NCBI GenBank assembly: GCA_002633005.1
Contig: NMRA01000407.1
Location: forward strand, 292,666-356,665
Direction of reading: 5' to 3'
Length of the DNA: 64,000 bases
From: Phoronis australis
Taxonomy: Eukaryota; Animalia; Phoronida
The notes under the pieces were generated by a model that searched no databases, was not told the DNA's origin, and saw nothing but the letters and a program-made list of their open reading frames with translations. Position numbers and translations under genes: made by a program. Positions 52,741-64,000 of the stretch are shown here, piece by piece (position 1 is the first letter of the stretch; every line of letters begins with the position of its first letter).

Positions 52741-53498
52741 TTTTAAAAATGTTGCACTTTGTCTTCCATGTGGTATTGGGAGCTTTGGGGTTGAACGATC
52801 GTCTAATCCAGAATCCAGGCAAGGGAGCCAGTTTGGAATTCACAATTTTAGGGTTGGCCAATACCTGTTAACTCTGAAGCGTTATCTAGTCTGGTGTCCA
52901 TGTTCTTGTAGCAGAAATAGATTCCAAACACTGAAAGGAATATTACGAGACCAATTTATGAGAGTAAAAGTCCTCGAGTCGTTAATGTTCATTTTTAATC
53001 AGCTTAACAGCAAAATGCAGCTTTAAATTTGAAGCTCTAATTATTTCTAAATTATCTGAGAGAACAATGGGAAGAATTTGGTTCCTTGTGTCGCATATCC
53101 TGTGACTCGAAGGCTTATCTACAACTAGGAACATTCATAAGAGCACAGAGTACGTAGCATGTACGGGATGAATCTACAGTACATGACAAAAGTATTTGGA
53201 TACAAAATGGCGTTTTCTGTCATGTTGTAAAAAGCAAAAATTACTAGAATTAAATATAAAAAGTAAAATTCTAATATAGAATGTCTTAGCTACCTTACTT
53301 ACGTTCTTGTCAATTCCCCGTCATTCTCAGTCATAAGGGAAGACTGACTATGAATTTGGCTTCTTCCCAGCTATCTGATGACGAGAATTCCAGGTCATTT
53401 TGTCAGAATACCTTTGGCTTGTATCATGATAGGAGTTTAATACATTATTAACCTTAGATAACATAAACAGGTCAGCAACTTTTTGTCTTGACAGGCAA

Positions 53499-53538
53499 TT
53501 TATTGTACTCCTCATCCCACAATCCAACAAGCTTTATT
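53499..53538 (-). terminator. Two candidate AATAAA signals for TMEM128-like gene
   Basis: TTTATT on + at 53533-53538 and 53499-53504, about 0.5 kb past the stop codon. Confidence 0.45.
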
Positions 53539-54008
53539 TGGAGACGATTCAAAAATTACCAATCAGGTGGCACAATTCAAGCTAACTTCCAACTTTCACA
53601 AGATGTGATTGGTCAATTTTCAAGTTGAATCCAGAGTACAGTTTGGTGACCTTGGGGGTTTAGAGTGCTTATTGTTAATCAAATGATAAAATAACAACAA
53701 AAATAACATACTTAACTGCATAATTATTTGCTACTTCAACACATAAAGCACATTTCAAGAAACCGACAACTTCTCCGTGTTACTGCAATCCTTGCAACAC
53801 CATTATCCCAAGCCTCCAAACCCTTCAAGGCAATGGGTTTTGCATAGGTCTGCCATCTGTTGCCCAACCAATAAACTTCATACGTCACCAAAGGTTCACT
53901 AGTTTCATATCAGATGCCAACTGTTGCACATACTGAAAAAGGAACAGGATGTCGTTCCATCCCTTCCATCTCAACGCAACATTCCACTGACATCCAGGCT
54001 TGACGAAA

Positions 54009-54117
54009 TCACACAAATGCTGGTAGGATGGCCACAAACACTATGAATCCCATGAACAATGTCAATAGTATGAATGGCGTCAGAATGTTCCAGAGGGGCC
54101 ATAGGGCAACAATAAGG
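54009..54117 (-). CDS. TMEM128: TMEM128-like last coding exon (LIVALWPLWNILTPFILLTLFMGFIVFVAILPAFV*)
   Basis: tgtttcag| acceptor; 109 nt. ALW.{2}W...TP..L...FMG resembles the human C-terminus [20 protein letters not shown]. Joined CDS is 534 nt (177 aa). Confidence 0.9.
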
Positions 54118-54321
54118 CTGAAACAGACGAGTAGAAATGGGTTGCAGCAGGGAACTGTCTTATCAAAGGGCACTTGACTCTGGCGTATAATCTCTCTACT
54201 CAAACTCGAAATTATTTTTATTTTCTATTGTACTTCTGAGTTAAGTTAAGATTATATGGGTACTATTATGATCTAAATGGGAATTATTATGCTTTAAGTG
54301 GGTATTTGAGTCTGTAAGTGC

Positions 54322-54430
54322 AAACTTTGTCTAGAAACTCATATGCATAAACTATAATGTACTTTAGCATACAATTATAATAGAATCCTATCTTGAGTTC
54401 ATACAAAAGTGGAAACTGCCAAAATAAGTT
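54322..54430. repeat. Short dispersed repeat also at ~63842-63949
   Basis: agaaactcat.tgcataaac.ataatgta ... tcttgagttcat.caaaag ... caaaataagtt. Confidence 0.7.
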
Positions 54431-56966
54431 CAAGGGTATAGAATAGACTCCAGCCTCTGGTGCAGCTAAGATGGTCTTGAATATTTACTGATAACTCAAT
54501 GAAATGGCGTGTGAGGGTGGAGCTACATGTGTATATAAAATACCATCAATTTTAATGTTAGTTGCAATGTTTGGTTTTCATGAAAATGTGCCTGTGTCCA
54601 TCTTAGCAATAGGGCTGTTTAGTGTAGTGTCTGTCACCATCATTATGGGATTTGGAGCCGCAAACACTAAAGACCAGAAATGCACACTCACATCAAATGA
54701 CCCAAAATTTCCGGGGAGGGGGGTCTTGAATACTTTTCCTCTTCGGGTAACCACAAGGGCATTTTAGGACTTGTGCTTATGTGTGTGGCAACAATAGCTA
54801 CACCCACTGCATGCTTTCAGGGATTTGAGAAGGATTGAAACCGACCACGTCAAAAGCTCACTGATAATTTCAAAGTGCTTTTAGTTAATAATTTAAAGTA
54901 CTATGTAAAATTTGGCATAATTATTCTTATTATTTTTAGTTACAGCATTATTTGACTGCATGGGTAAAAAATGTCAACATTGCGCTTGGAGTGTGTGCAA
55001 GTTGGGGCACCTTTACTACGAATGGCCATATTATGAATAGCAGTGCCTCACATGTGTTACGTTTCAGCTTCCCGTTTGATTTCGAGCAGTCATAAGCACC
55101 GAATGGAATACCGTATGCCTGGAAATTTTGTTTGACCTACACAAGACACAAAGGCACAACAATTACATCTAGGCAATTGAAATTGTCAAACTGCGTAAAC
55201 TATAATGAAAAAATCAATAAAATTGAAAGAGAAATAACGACCGGTCTAGAAAATCATAAACTCTTCTTAGCAAAATTACAGTAATTAAGGTTTTCTTGTT
55301 TCCTAAGCAGGTTCATTTGCTCCTTGTTTTGCAATCACTATCCAGACAATCAATTAAATGTCTTATATTTTGCCAGAATCATTTAGCATGGCAAAAATGA
55401 TAAAAGTGAACTGAAATGAGGATGTTGTAAAATGATTCATATTCTGGCACACTGAAAAGGAAGATGTTCAATATCAGCCAATTTAGTGCAAAAGCATATA
55501 AATGTTAATAAAGCAGCAGTTTTTATAAGTGTTGATATAAAAAGATATTACCTAATATAGACTGATTTGATTGACTCAGACAGATATTTTATGTCTTACG
55601 CATCATTTTATTACAAATATAGTTGTTACAACTGCTAATTCATTGTGTGTGCGTGCCTGCATGTGTGTTGATTGCTCGAGTACTAGTTTTCTGTGCTGTA
55701 AGATGGCGTGTTGTATTGATATTAAAGGATATGGTGGTAGATTTGAGCGCCCCTTTTATCAAGGTGTGTTGAGGTGTCAAGTTGCATTTCAGGCCTCAAC
55801 TGTAACAGTCATGTTTCAAAAGGGATCATATCACAGTAAGTTTACCTAATGCATGTAGCTTATTGATTGAGTTGTAATAAAGTATACATAACAGCATTTC
55901 ATCATTGTTGCATACTATTGCTTTTGTCTTTATTAACAGTGGTGAACATATTAATTAATGGGCTTTTCACCAGTAATGAATGGGAATTGTATTTTGTATC
56001 TTCATTTTGTTTCTAGTTTGCACTTTACCAATACAAATACAAGAGAGGAGTCAATCCCTCCTTTTCTTTTCACACGACCAAGTCTATCATCACAGTCATG
56101 GTTTCTCCCCATCATTTATTCTAAAATTTTTCATTTGAAAGATTCCACAAATATGAAGTTTTCTGTAGGCATTCCATATTTCCAAAAAAGATTAGGAAAT
56201 ACTGCTAATTAACATATATACTCCTAATTAATTTAATGCAAAATTTTACAAAAAAAACAACAGAAAATTAGCTAAAAAGTGGGACAGTCAAATTTATGTT
56301 CTTGATTCATCCAAGTAGTGGATGAGAGTTTATGCTTGCTCCCTTAATTTTACTAACAATTTAAAATTAAAGTGGTTTCAGATTACTTTTTTTCATCGAA
56401 TTATCCCCAAAAACTACTTTCTGGTCAACAATCTCTTTTACATTTTGCAAAAAAAAACAGAGAAATTAACATATCTTTACCAACTAAGATTAAAACATGG
56501 AGCAATTTATGGACTGCTATAATTCAATTGCTAATTTCAAAAATCCAAAACTTACTTATTCTCTCCTCAAGAAATGTAATTGTCTTTTTTTGGTAAAGTA
56601 CATTAATCAGATAGAATTAATTCAATCATTTGTTTGGAAAAGTATTACATTAACCAACAATGACTTATTATGATAGTCATCCTCCACATTAACTGTTTAG
56701 GAAGGAACCTTACTTTGTGCTGGAGGCAATTAATATGAAATATTAAGTTAGTAGACGGCTCTTCTTTTTGTTTGATTGTTACATGCAGTATCTGGTCTCA
56801 AAATGTACTTTTGTTTGTGCGAGCATTAAGGTGTGTCTGTGTCTGGGTGGATGGGTGGATGCGTCAAATAGTCATACTCTCCTTCATCTGTATATGATAT
56901 TAGTGTCTATCTCTTATAGAGGTAAAAGTATTTAGTTAACAATTTAATCAATGTTGAATGCTCAAT

Positions 56967-57102
56967 ATAGATTATTACATGGCCAAGTCGTTATCCCCTG
57001 TTACCTAGAGCCCGAGTGGATTTTGTAGAATTATCACCCTCGGGCGATAATTCTCCAAGAGGGTTCTAGATAAGGGGAATAACGACTCATGTAATAATCT
57101 AT
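56967..57102. repeat. Long imperfect palindrome (MITE-like fold-back)
   Basis: atagattattacatg / catgtaataatctat, agtcgttatcccct / aggggaataacgact, agaattatc / gataattct. Confidence 0.8.
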
Positions 57103-57649
57103 TCATACCACATACTGAACGAGAAACATTGCAATGAATCGATCTACCTTTCTCGACTCGCCTCGGCTTTGTAACTACTTTCTATGTCAGAGGCTAGGGG
57201 TCGGAGGTCGTGACCTTTTAAGAAAAGCCGAGCTATTTTTGTCAAATAATGCTTTTACTCAAACCAATTGAAAAATAAAACAAAATAGAAATAAAGTGAA
57301 TCTATAAATTAAGGTTTAGCAACTATTATAGCTTACTACACATTTTATCATGCTAAGCTTCGACCGGGAAAATATCGTCTGCTAAAGTAGGTTACCACTA
57401 GTAACTGGCTATAATGCTCAAGTCAAAGGATTCCGACGACACGATACCCGCATTCAAAGTGGAGATCGGTGATTTACAAAGTGAGAGAATGCGAGACAAA
57501 AATTTCACTGAATTCAAAAATCGTTTTTATGAAAATTATGCATCTTATTTTTCATAACGTATAATTGTCGGTGCAATGCCCTTTGCTGAACATGCGATTG
57601 TTGCGCGTGCTCATTTAAGAATTCTATTTCACGTTCGATGACGTCAGCC

Positions 57650-57718
57650 GCTGAGTGGTGTAGTGGTAAAGTCGGCAACTCGAAACTTGTGAGGCCCGGG
57701 TTCGAATCCGGCCTCGGT
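57650..57718 (+). pseudogene. tRNA-like sequence (pseudo-tRNA or SINE head) in TMEM128 intron 3
   Basis: A box TGGTGTAGTGG and B box GGTTCGAATCC; GCTGAG/CTCGGT acceptor-like pairing, but D, T and anticodon stems are imperfect. Confidence 0.6.
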
Positions 57719-58554
57719 TTCCCGCCAAAATGTTATTTCACTAGTGAGATAACTGGGTTATTACACAGTTGTATCTGCCATTCAAGGCTAACAGTGTGGT
57801 ATAAAATACGATATTCATTCAAAGAAAGTATTAATGTGATTTCGATCATATGGTTCTCTAAAACTGGTCTCGAAATGTCATGTTCTTGACTCACGAGATG
57901 TGGTTTGTGGGCTTAGAAACAACCGACAGTTGGTTGCTTGTGAGATCATGCTTTCAACCCATGATGACAAATTGTAGAGTCTGGTCTCAAGCAAAAACAA
58001 AGTTAACGCTCATTTTTTCCAAGACAATAAATCAACTCCAACTTGATTAAGGAACAATGTGACACCAAGTTCTTGATGATAAATAGTCTAAATGAAAAAG
58101 TTAGTTTTCATGACAGAAAATGAATTTATCACCATTTTAATAGTAAAAAATATAAAAGATAACTACAATGAAAAAAATTGTTATGCTATATTTTGTGTGA
58201 TACAACTTAATTTGTAAGAGAATGGAGACTAAAAGGATACTAAGCCCTGTTATGGTCATTTCACACAGAACAAGTTTCATCAGCGGCTATCTACAATATG
58301 CACTGATTTCACATGAGATATAAAAACCATTTTAAATACATCCTCATTGCGTCACAAAGTGGTTTTTGCGGTTCAAGGTAGGCGTCTTTGAACACAGCTC
58401 AGACAATCATATTTCGTGATTTAGCGCACCTTGTGTGGATTCTACAAACTCGATTAGATCTATTGAACATTGATAATCTTACAAAGCATCATTTTTCAAA
58501 GACTTAAATGAGCTAGACCCAAGCTCTCATAGTTTGCAAAGATGTGTCACTTAC

Positions 58555-58722
58555 CAAAGAGATCCAAATGCAAAGCATGCTGTCGCCAGAGGTATACCAA
58601 CAGGGCACTCTTTTTCCCAGTCATCTGAGCTGATCTTTTTTACACATGACAAGTATACAATAAAGAACAGAGCTATGAGGATTGTCATGCTGATGAGGGC
58701 AACACCAGCATGCAGCCACTCA
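58555..58722 (-). CDS. TMEM128: TMEM128-like exon 3 (EWLHAGVALISMTILIALFFIVYLSCVKKISSDDWEKECPVGIPLATACFAFGSLC)
   Basis: tttttcag| ... TG|GTAAGT; 168 nt, phase 2-2. Two hydrophobic segments; IVYL and P..IP..TA.F motifs. Confidence 0.9.
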
Positions 58723-59069
58723 CTGAAAAATTAAAGATAGCAGTGTCAGTGTGTGCATGCTCTCATTACTGTTATGTAAGACCCTAGAAAAATGTCCAGT
58801 TTGACTACTTTTGGAACGTCCTATGTCAGAAATGGCAACTGATCAGATCGAGAAGAAACTTTCAGATGTTATGCAAAATGATGTGTTCTGAAAAAACCTG
58901 ATAAGAATTATGTCCTCGACATCAAAGATAAGAACCATGACACCCAAAACATGACCTCGAAGACCAAGACACAGCCGAAGACACTTAATTAAAAACTTGC
59001 GTGTGACAGTCTTAGCTACAACCAGACTTTTGACCTCTGATAAAATGGGCCGTATAATAAATTACGTAC

Positions 59070-59223
59070 CGTTTAACAACTGGATCGTACATTACAGCAA
59101 TGTAGAAATCAGTGAAGTGGAAAACAGCAATGGATGACAAGAGCCAGAAGATGTTAGACAAGCTGTAACGGCTCTCTGGCTCCTGTGTCTCCTCTAATCG
59201 CCTTTTTGCTTCTTCTTCTGAGA
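59070..59223 (-). CDS. TMEM128: TMEM128-like exon 2 (VSEEEAKRRLEETQEPESRYSLSNIFWLLSSIAVFHFTDFYIAVMYDPVVKR)
   Basis: ttatag| ... CG|GTACGT; 154 nt, phase 1-2. FWLLSSIAVFHFTDF resembles human FWILASIVVTYYVDF. Confidence 0.88.
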
Positions 59224-60261
59224 CTATAATTAAAGTGAGGTGTGATATGACTCAAATTAACCAAAATTCTGAAATTAACGCGACATTTTGCTGAACAAAC
59301 GAGGATTCACAACCGACATAAATTTAGCAACATCATCTAAATGCCAACAATTTCTCTCAAGCTCAATGAAATGAATTTTTTCCTTAATGACAAAAAACTG
59401 TATAATTATTAAAAGAACAATCTATTGCAGAATAGTTGTAACCAATGAACAATAAAGTATGTCATGAGAAATAAAACAAAACAGGTAGCATATTTGCAAT
59501 CATTTTCATTTCATTTACAAAATAAAAAGTCAAGTACTTTTCACAAGTTCTGCAACAAAGTTTAATCCAATATTAAAGCTTTTATCTCATTCTTTTAAAA
59601 TTATGTATGCCCCCCAATTTTTTAAATAACTGCAATATTTCATAAGTTTGGAGAATTTGTCACAATTTTAGTGTTTTCAGGAGCTATCACTGATAATTTA
59701 AGAATGCGCAAGCACCAAAACAATGATTGTATGTCTCTCCTTTGTAGTAACAAGTGGGTATTTTTTCAGCCAAATATGGCAAGGAGAGGTGCAACTGAAA
59801 CTGACAGTTTGTTACCCAGAGGTACACGTTAGCTAGAATTCTTGAGAGACAGGCACACTGGCCAAGGAAGTCTGGATTATATCAGTTGGGAATTGGGTTT
59901 TAAGCCCAGCTTGGGCATTTAAAAGTGTAAATTTGGTGGAAATTTTTGGGTTTTGGGTTGGGTGTTAATCAAGACAAGTAGGGTAAGGCTTAAATATGAA
60001 GAATTAAGAATAATTTAGATTGAACAAAGCAAAAAAATAAAAACATGTCAGTAATGGAAATAGTTTTACTAATAGTAATAGGATGCCCCAGACCACTCTA
60101 CAGAATGGTCGTGATGTAATCTCAGGCACTTCAGGAACTATAAACTGGACATGTTATTATCACTGACATGAGTTGGAGAAAGCTTCGATTTCAGTAGAAG
60201 CAAGCCTTTATTTGAGTAGGAGCAAGCCTTGATTTGAGTAGTGACAAAATAACGCATCAGC

Positions 60262-60527
60262 TTTTTGGGAAGATTTTAGTGCTTTGACAGCGAATTTGTT
60301 GCGAACTTGCTGGAGCAGGATACCGTGGTAAGGCGTGGTACTGAGAAAAAAGAACATTTGCTCATGGTTTGTTGAACCCGTTTTGTGTAAATTTATTGTG
60401 TTTTGTGTTTGACACAGACAGCTGAAATGAAGCACCTGTCTAATTTCTAGTCCTTAGTGTCATACCTTGAAGTATATTTGTAGAGAATTGGGGACGATCA
60501 GATGCTGAGCCTGGCTGAGGACGCCTG
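60262..60527. repeat. Dispersed repeat, inverted relative to 61565-61817
   Basis: Reverse complement shares acaggcgtcctcagc, tctgatcgtcccca, caataaatttacacaaaac and caagttcgcaa.aaattcgc. Confidence 0.85.
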
Positions 60528-60834
60528 TCAAGGTGGTTGCAGCCGTAAATAAAATGCGTGACGTAAATTGGTCCCAGATTGACATGCTTCGAGTTATTCC
60601 AGAAGTGCCTGTTGGGTGACCATATTGGATAACAGTTGTGCACCTTTCTCTTTCTTTTAGAATATTTTCGAGGGGCTGATTACGGATGCCTGTGGTTGAA
60701 AATAGGGACCCCCGCGGCCCGGGGCAATAGACAGAGGATATCCGACCAGTGCGGTTGTTAAAACATCGATGTAACTTTCATAGAAGAAAATTTAAATGCA
60801 TGTCACGAGACACATCGTACAAATAAAATACTAC

Positions 60835-60937
60835 CTCCCATGAACGATTCCTTCATTCGTTTTTGAACTCTCCTTCGCAGTTCACTATCAGAAATCCCAT
60901 GATGTCCTAGAGTTTGTTTTGGTTCACCGTCCTCCAT
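60835..60937 (-). CDS. TMEM128: TMEM128-like exon 1 (MEDGEPKQTLGHHGISDSELRRRVQKRMKESFMG)
   Basis: aaaATGG start context; donor G|GTAGTA; 103 nt, phase 1 matches the next exon. LRRR motif as in the TMEM128 N-terminus. Confidence 0.78.
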
Positions 60938-61564
60938 TTTGAAGTTAGCACAAGAAATCTAGTCTATCAATAGTTTCCCATTACAAGTTATTTACTTATA
61001 TTGTTTTCCAAATGACATTCTATACAAATAAAAAAATTTTATTGTATATTAGCGTATTTTATAAGAATTATAAACATGAAACTAGTCGCTTGTTCTTCCA
61101 GGTATTTGTACTAAATCAAATTACAAAACGGTCTTTCAAAGGTCAAGGACGCGTCTTGTTGTTACTGCTTTGCTGGCGCTGATCTGGGGTTCAGGTATTC
61201 AGAATTTTCAGTTTCATATTCAGACAAAATTTTTGCAGTACTTCACATTAACTGAAATATATAAATCTTTCACGTCCTATGTGACATATTTAGCTGTTCA
61301 TTTATCTACTGATTTTGATTGTGAGATGTAGGTCTGTCTCAACCAGTGGCAGTGCCTCCAGTCCAGTGCCTCACTCAGCTGTCTGACGTTGGGTTAGTAG
61401 AATTACATCATCCTTTTGATAAGGTTCTACGCTTAGTGTTTATTTATCTGCAAGTAGTTAAAATGGGTCATGAATTCATGTCTTGACTGTTGTCTTAGTG
61501 TCTGTGTTATTGAAATGCATTCTGATTTTTTTCTCAAATCTTGTCAAAAATCCAGTTAGAAACC

Positions 61565-61817
61565 ACAGGCGTCCTCAGCTTCTGATCGTCCCCAGTACAC
61601 TATATAATACTACAAGGTATGGCACTCTGGACTAGAAATTCCATGGGTGCTTCACCTCAGCTGTCCATAGCAAACACAAAACTCAATAAATTTACACAAA
61701 ACAGACATTCAACAAACCATGAGGAATTGTTCTTTCTCCTAATACCATTTACGGTGTCCTGCTTCACCAAGTTCGCAAGAAATTCGCAGTCAAAGCTCAA
61801 AAATCTTCTCAAAAAGC
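61565..61817. repeat. Dispersed repeat, inverted partner of 60262-60527
   Basis: See partner. Confidence 0.85.
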
Positions 61818-61825
61818 CCATCTGG

Positions 61826-62011
61826 AGCAACTCCTTGGTCCCGCGAAGGCCAAGGACGATACAGAATTATCCGATGAGTTACGGTTGAATGGCAATCGTC
61901 GATTTGTCACGGAAAGTTATGAAATCGAGACAAATCGGCAATTGCTGTTCATCCATAACTGATCAGATAATTCCATATCATCCTTGACCTTTGCGGGACC
62001 AAGGAGTTGCT
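61826..62011. mobile_element. Fold-back MITE with ~50-bp TIRs and 4-bp CTGG target duplication
   Basis: AGCAACTCCTTGGTCCCGC... / ...GCGGGACCAAGGAGTTGCT; CTGG at 61822-61825 and 62012-62015. Confidence 0.82.
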
Positions 62012-62029
62012 CTGGACAGGTAAGAGAAG

Positions 62030-62250
62030 AAACCTCAGCCCCCCTGTCTGTTGAGGCTAGGATTCACGAGAGAATTGAGAATCCTAGCCTCAACAGACAG
62101 GGGGGGGGTTGAGGTTTATCTTACCTAGGACGTGGGACAGGGCGCTGAAGAGGATCCCGCGAAAACTGTGCGACAGATCACATGACGAGTCACGTGACAA
62201 CTCAGTGGTCTGATGAAGTCCTCGAGAGGACGACGTAACATAGCCATCTC
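62030..62250 (+). mobile_element. Penelope-like retroelement 3' fragment with inverted 5' duplication and hammerhead-like core
   Basis: Translates IHERIENPSLNRQGG/LRFILPRTWDRAL (GIY-YIG C-terminal LNR-GG motif, frameshift in the G-run). Followed by CTGATGAA-GTC...GAC-GTAAC. Confidence 0.7.
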
Positions 62251-63508
62251 TATATAACCGGGTTCTTATATTGGGAGTATTGCACTGTATCTTACTCACG
62301 AGAATTTTATTTAGACAATTTCACTGACAAGGATGGATAAATCTGTAGACAGATAGAATAACTGCTCTCAATAGACTTGGAATTTTAGTTATCTTATACC
62401 CTGAGAATTAATTTGGTTAAGAATACATTACAGTCATGGCAGACTTTTTAAAAAACTGGCGGGTTTGTTCTGGCTTGGTTTGATAGTATATGATGCACTA
62501 AGGTTGTTGGTAATACCACGTTATTGTCTTCAGCAAGAGCTGAGAGGGGGTGATTGGTCTGTCAAAAAGAATGTTGCCAAACTGGGTTTCCGCAGTTGAA
62601 TACTTTATCCATTAACACATGAAATTGCAATAAACACATCAGATCAAGTATACAATTTCTGGATAAACTACAACACCTTGTCATTGGTGCACACCGTAGT
62701 TGTATAATCTCTTTGTGATTAATACTTTTATCAATAAAGCATTTCATGAAGTGATCAGTCTGATTGTAGCAAGGTTATGATTATGTAAGATGTTATCAAA
62801 TCAAGGTGCAGGTTTCAAGGTCAATAACACTGTGTCAGTCTTAATTTTAGATGTGAGTGAGGATATTGAGTTTGTGCACAGTGTCAACTGCATTTTCCAA
62901 CTTTTGTTTCATTCATGCCATTTTTACATTTTTGTATTGTAAAGTGCCTACTAGTATTCTTTGTGCCTTTTAAAAAAGCTACATTCCATTTTATTGCGGA
63001 CATAAGATTTTAACAACGTGAACTTTAAGTGCCTTGAGTGTGGTTGGTGTTCAGGTTCTATTGTAAGGTTTTTTGTGTGTGGTAAGAGCTTGCAGTGTGC
63101 GATAAGAGTTTGAGGTGTGTGGTAAGAGTTTTCCGTTTCAAGACACCTACAGGTGTTAAATGTGTCAAACTTGCTCTTTACTCAGATGAGAAACGATTTT
63201 CAAATACACCACCTGGTGTTTAAATCAGAGAACTAAGGGTAAATCTGATGGACAGTGCCAGTGAATGGGAAGGGTGAATGGAGTTGTGGCTGAGTTGCGA
63301 TAAACTAGAGTTCCTCGTGGAGTCGTGGTTTTTGTTGGAAAGTGACCTAAATTAAAAGTTGGTTTGTGTGAAAAATGGAAGGACTAGTACCTCTTCAACA
63401 AAATCCTATTGGGTTAGGTAGCAAGTTAAAGTCAGACTTTGGCCTGTTCTTCATTGTTGTCGTGGAAATGAACGTAATGCATGTTTACTTAATTCTTCTC
63501 TATTTCAG

Positions 63509-63533
63509 GAAAGAATGTCTTCCACAGGTTTAG
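63509..63533 (+). other. Candidate 25-nt exon containing a start codon (MSSTGL..) of a downstream gene
   Basis: cttaattcttctctatttcAG|gaaagaATGTCTTCCACAGGTTTAG|GTGAGT; both splice sites are near consensus. Confidence 0.5.
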
Positions 63534-64000
63534 GTGAGTAAATGGCCAAGGTTTTGCCATGAACAGCACTGCTGTTCTCCATACAGTGTCTTGAAATTCA
63601 TGGATTGCTTTGTTACCAAGTTTTTTTTAATTTGTTAAACACAGCATTTCATTAAGTTAACACTTATCATCCTTAATTGGTAGTTTCTCCAATAGGACTA
63701 TCCAGTAAATCGTCTCGCTCAAGACATCGTCAGTGGCAATTTGTTCTTAATGGCCCCATCAGTAAAGCTAAAAGTTCATATTTAAACTGGAAATTTTGAG
63801 TTTTTATTCATTGTACACAGCATCTAGGGGCCGTCAAATGTGAACTTGGTTCAGAAACTCATTTGCATAAACCATAATGTATTCAAGCAGTTACACCTCT
63901 CTTGAGTTCATTCAAAAGAATGGAAAAGTGGAAAGTGTCAAAATAAGTTTGAATTAGATTTTAGGTGGAAAGAACAGATCCTGGCTCCTAGTTGTTCTTA

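Larger units (their letters stand above)
46067..52760 (+). other. Probable long CPEB 3'UTR (~6.7 kb) with several AATAAA hexamers
   Basis: T/GT-rich on +, with no plausible coding exons. AATAAA at 48329, 49095, 49294, 51140, 51811 and 52735; the last is followed by a GU/U-rich tract. The 3' end is inferred. Confidence 0.55.

Noticed and set aside
57650-57718. Functional tRNA gene
   Set aside because: Cloverleaf stems are mismatched and the anticodon loop is irregular, so it is recorded as tRNA-derived only.

Overview
AT-rich, intron-rich animal genomic DNA, probably from a protostome invertebrate (inferred from the Orb2-type C-terminus RPRAVPFRWC and the repeat landscape). The ORF track is mostly noise, and two spliced genes can be rebuilt by hand. 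(1) A + strand CPEB2/3/4 (Orb2-class) cytoplasmic polyadenylation element-binding protein gene, CDS 3966-46066. It has 8 core exons encoding 676 aa (Q-rich low-complexity N-terminus, 2 RRMs, ZZ zinc finger) and a probable ~6.7 kb 3'UTR. (2) A convergent - strand 4-exon TMEM128-like gene (60937-54009, 177 aa). A third gene may start on + near the right end. The main finding is a frame-preserving 24-nt microexon (31917-31940) hidden in the 22-kb second intron and absent from the ORF track. It encodes ARTYGRRR, the peptide of the vertebrate neuron-specific, autism-linked CPEB4 microexon 4, in the same position and phase. Introns carry non-autonomous DNA transposons, Helentron-type elements, tRNA-derived sequences and minisatellites, and a Penelope-like fragment with a degenerate hammerhead ribozyme lies near the right end. 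All homology statements are from recalled family knowledge; no searches were run.
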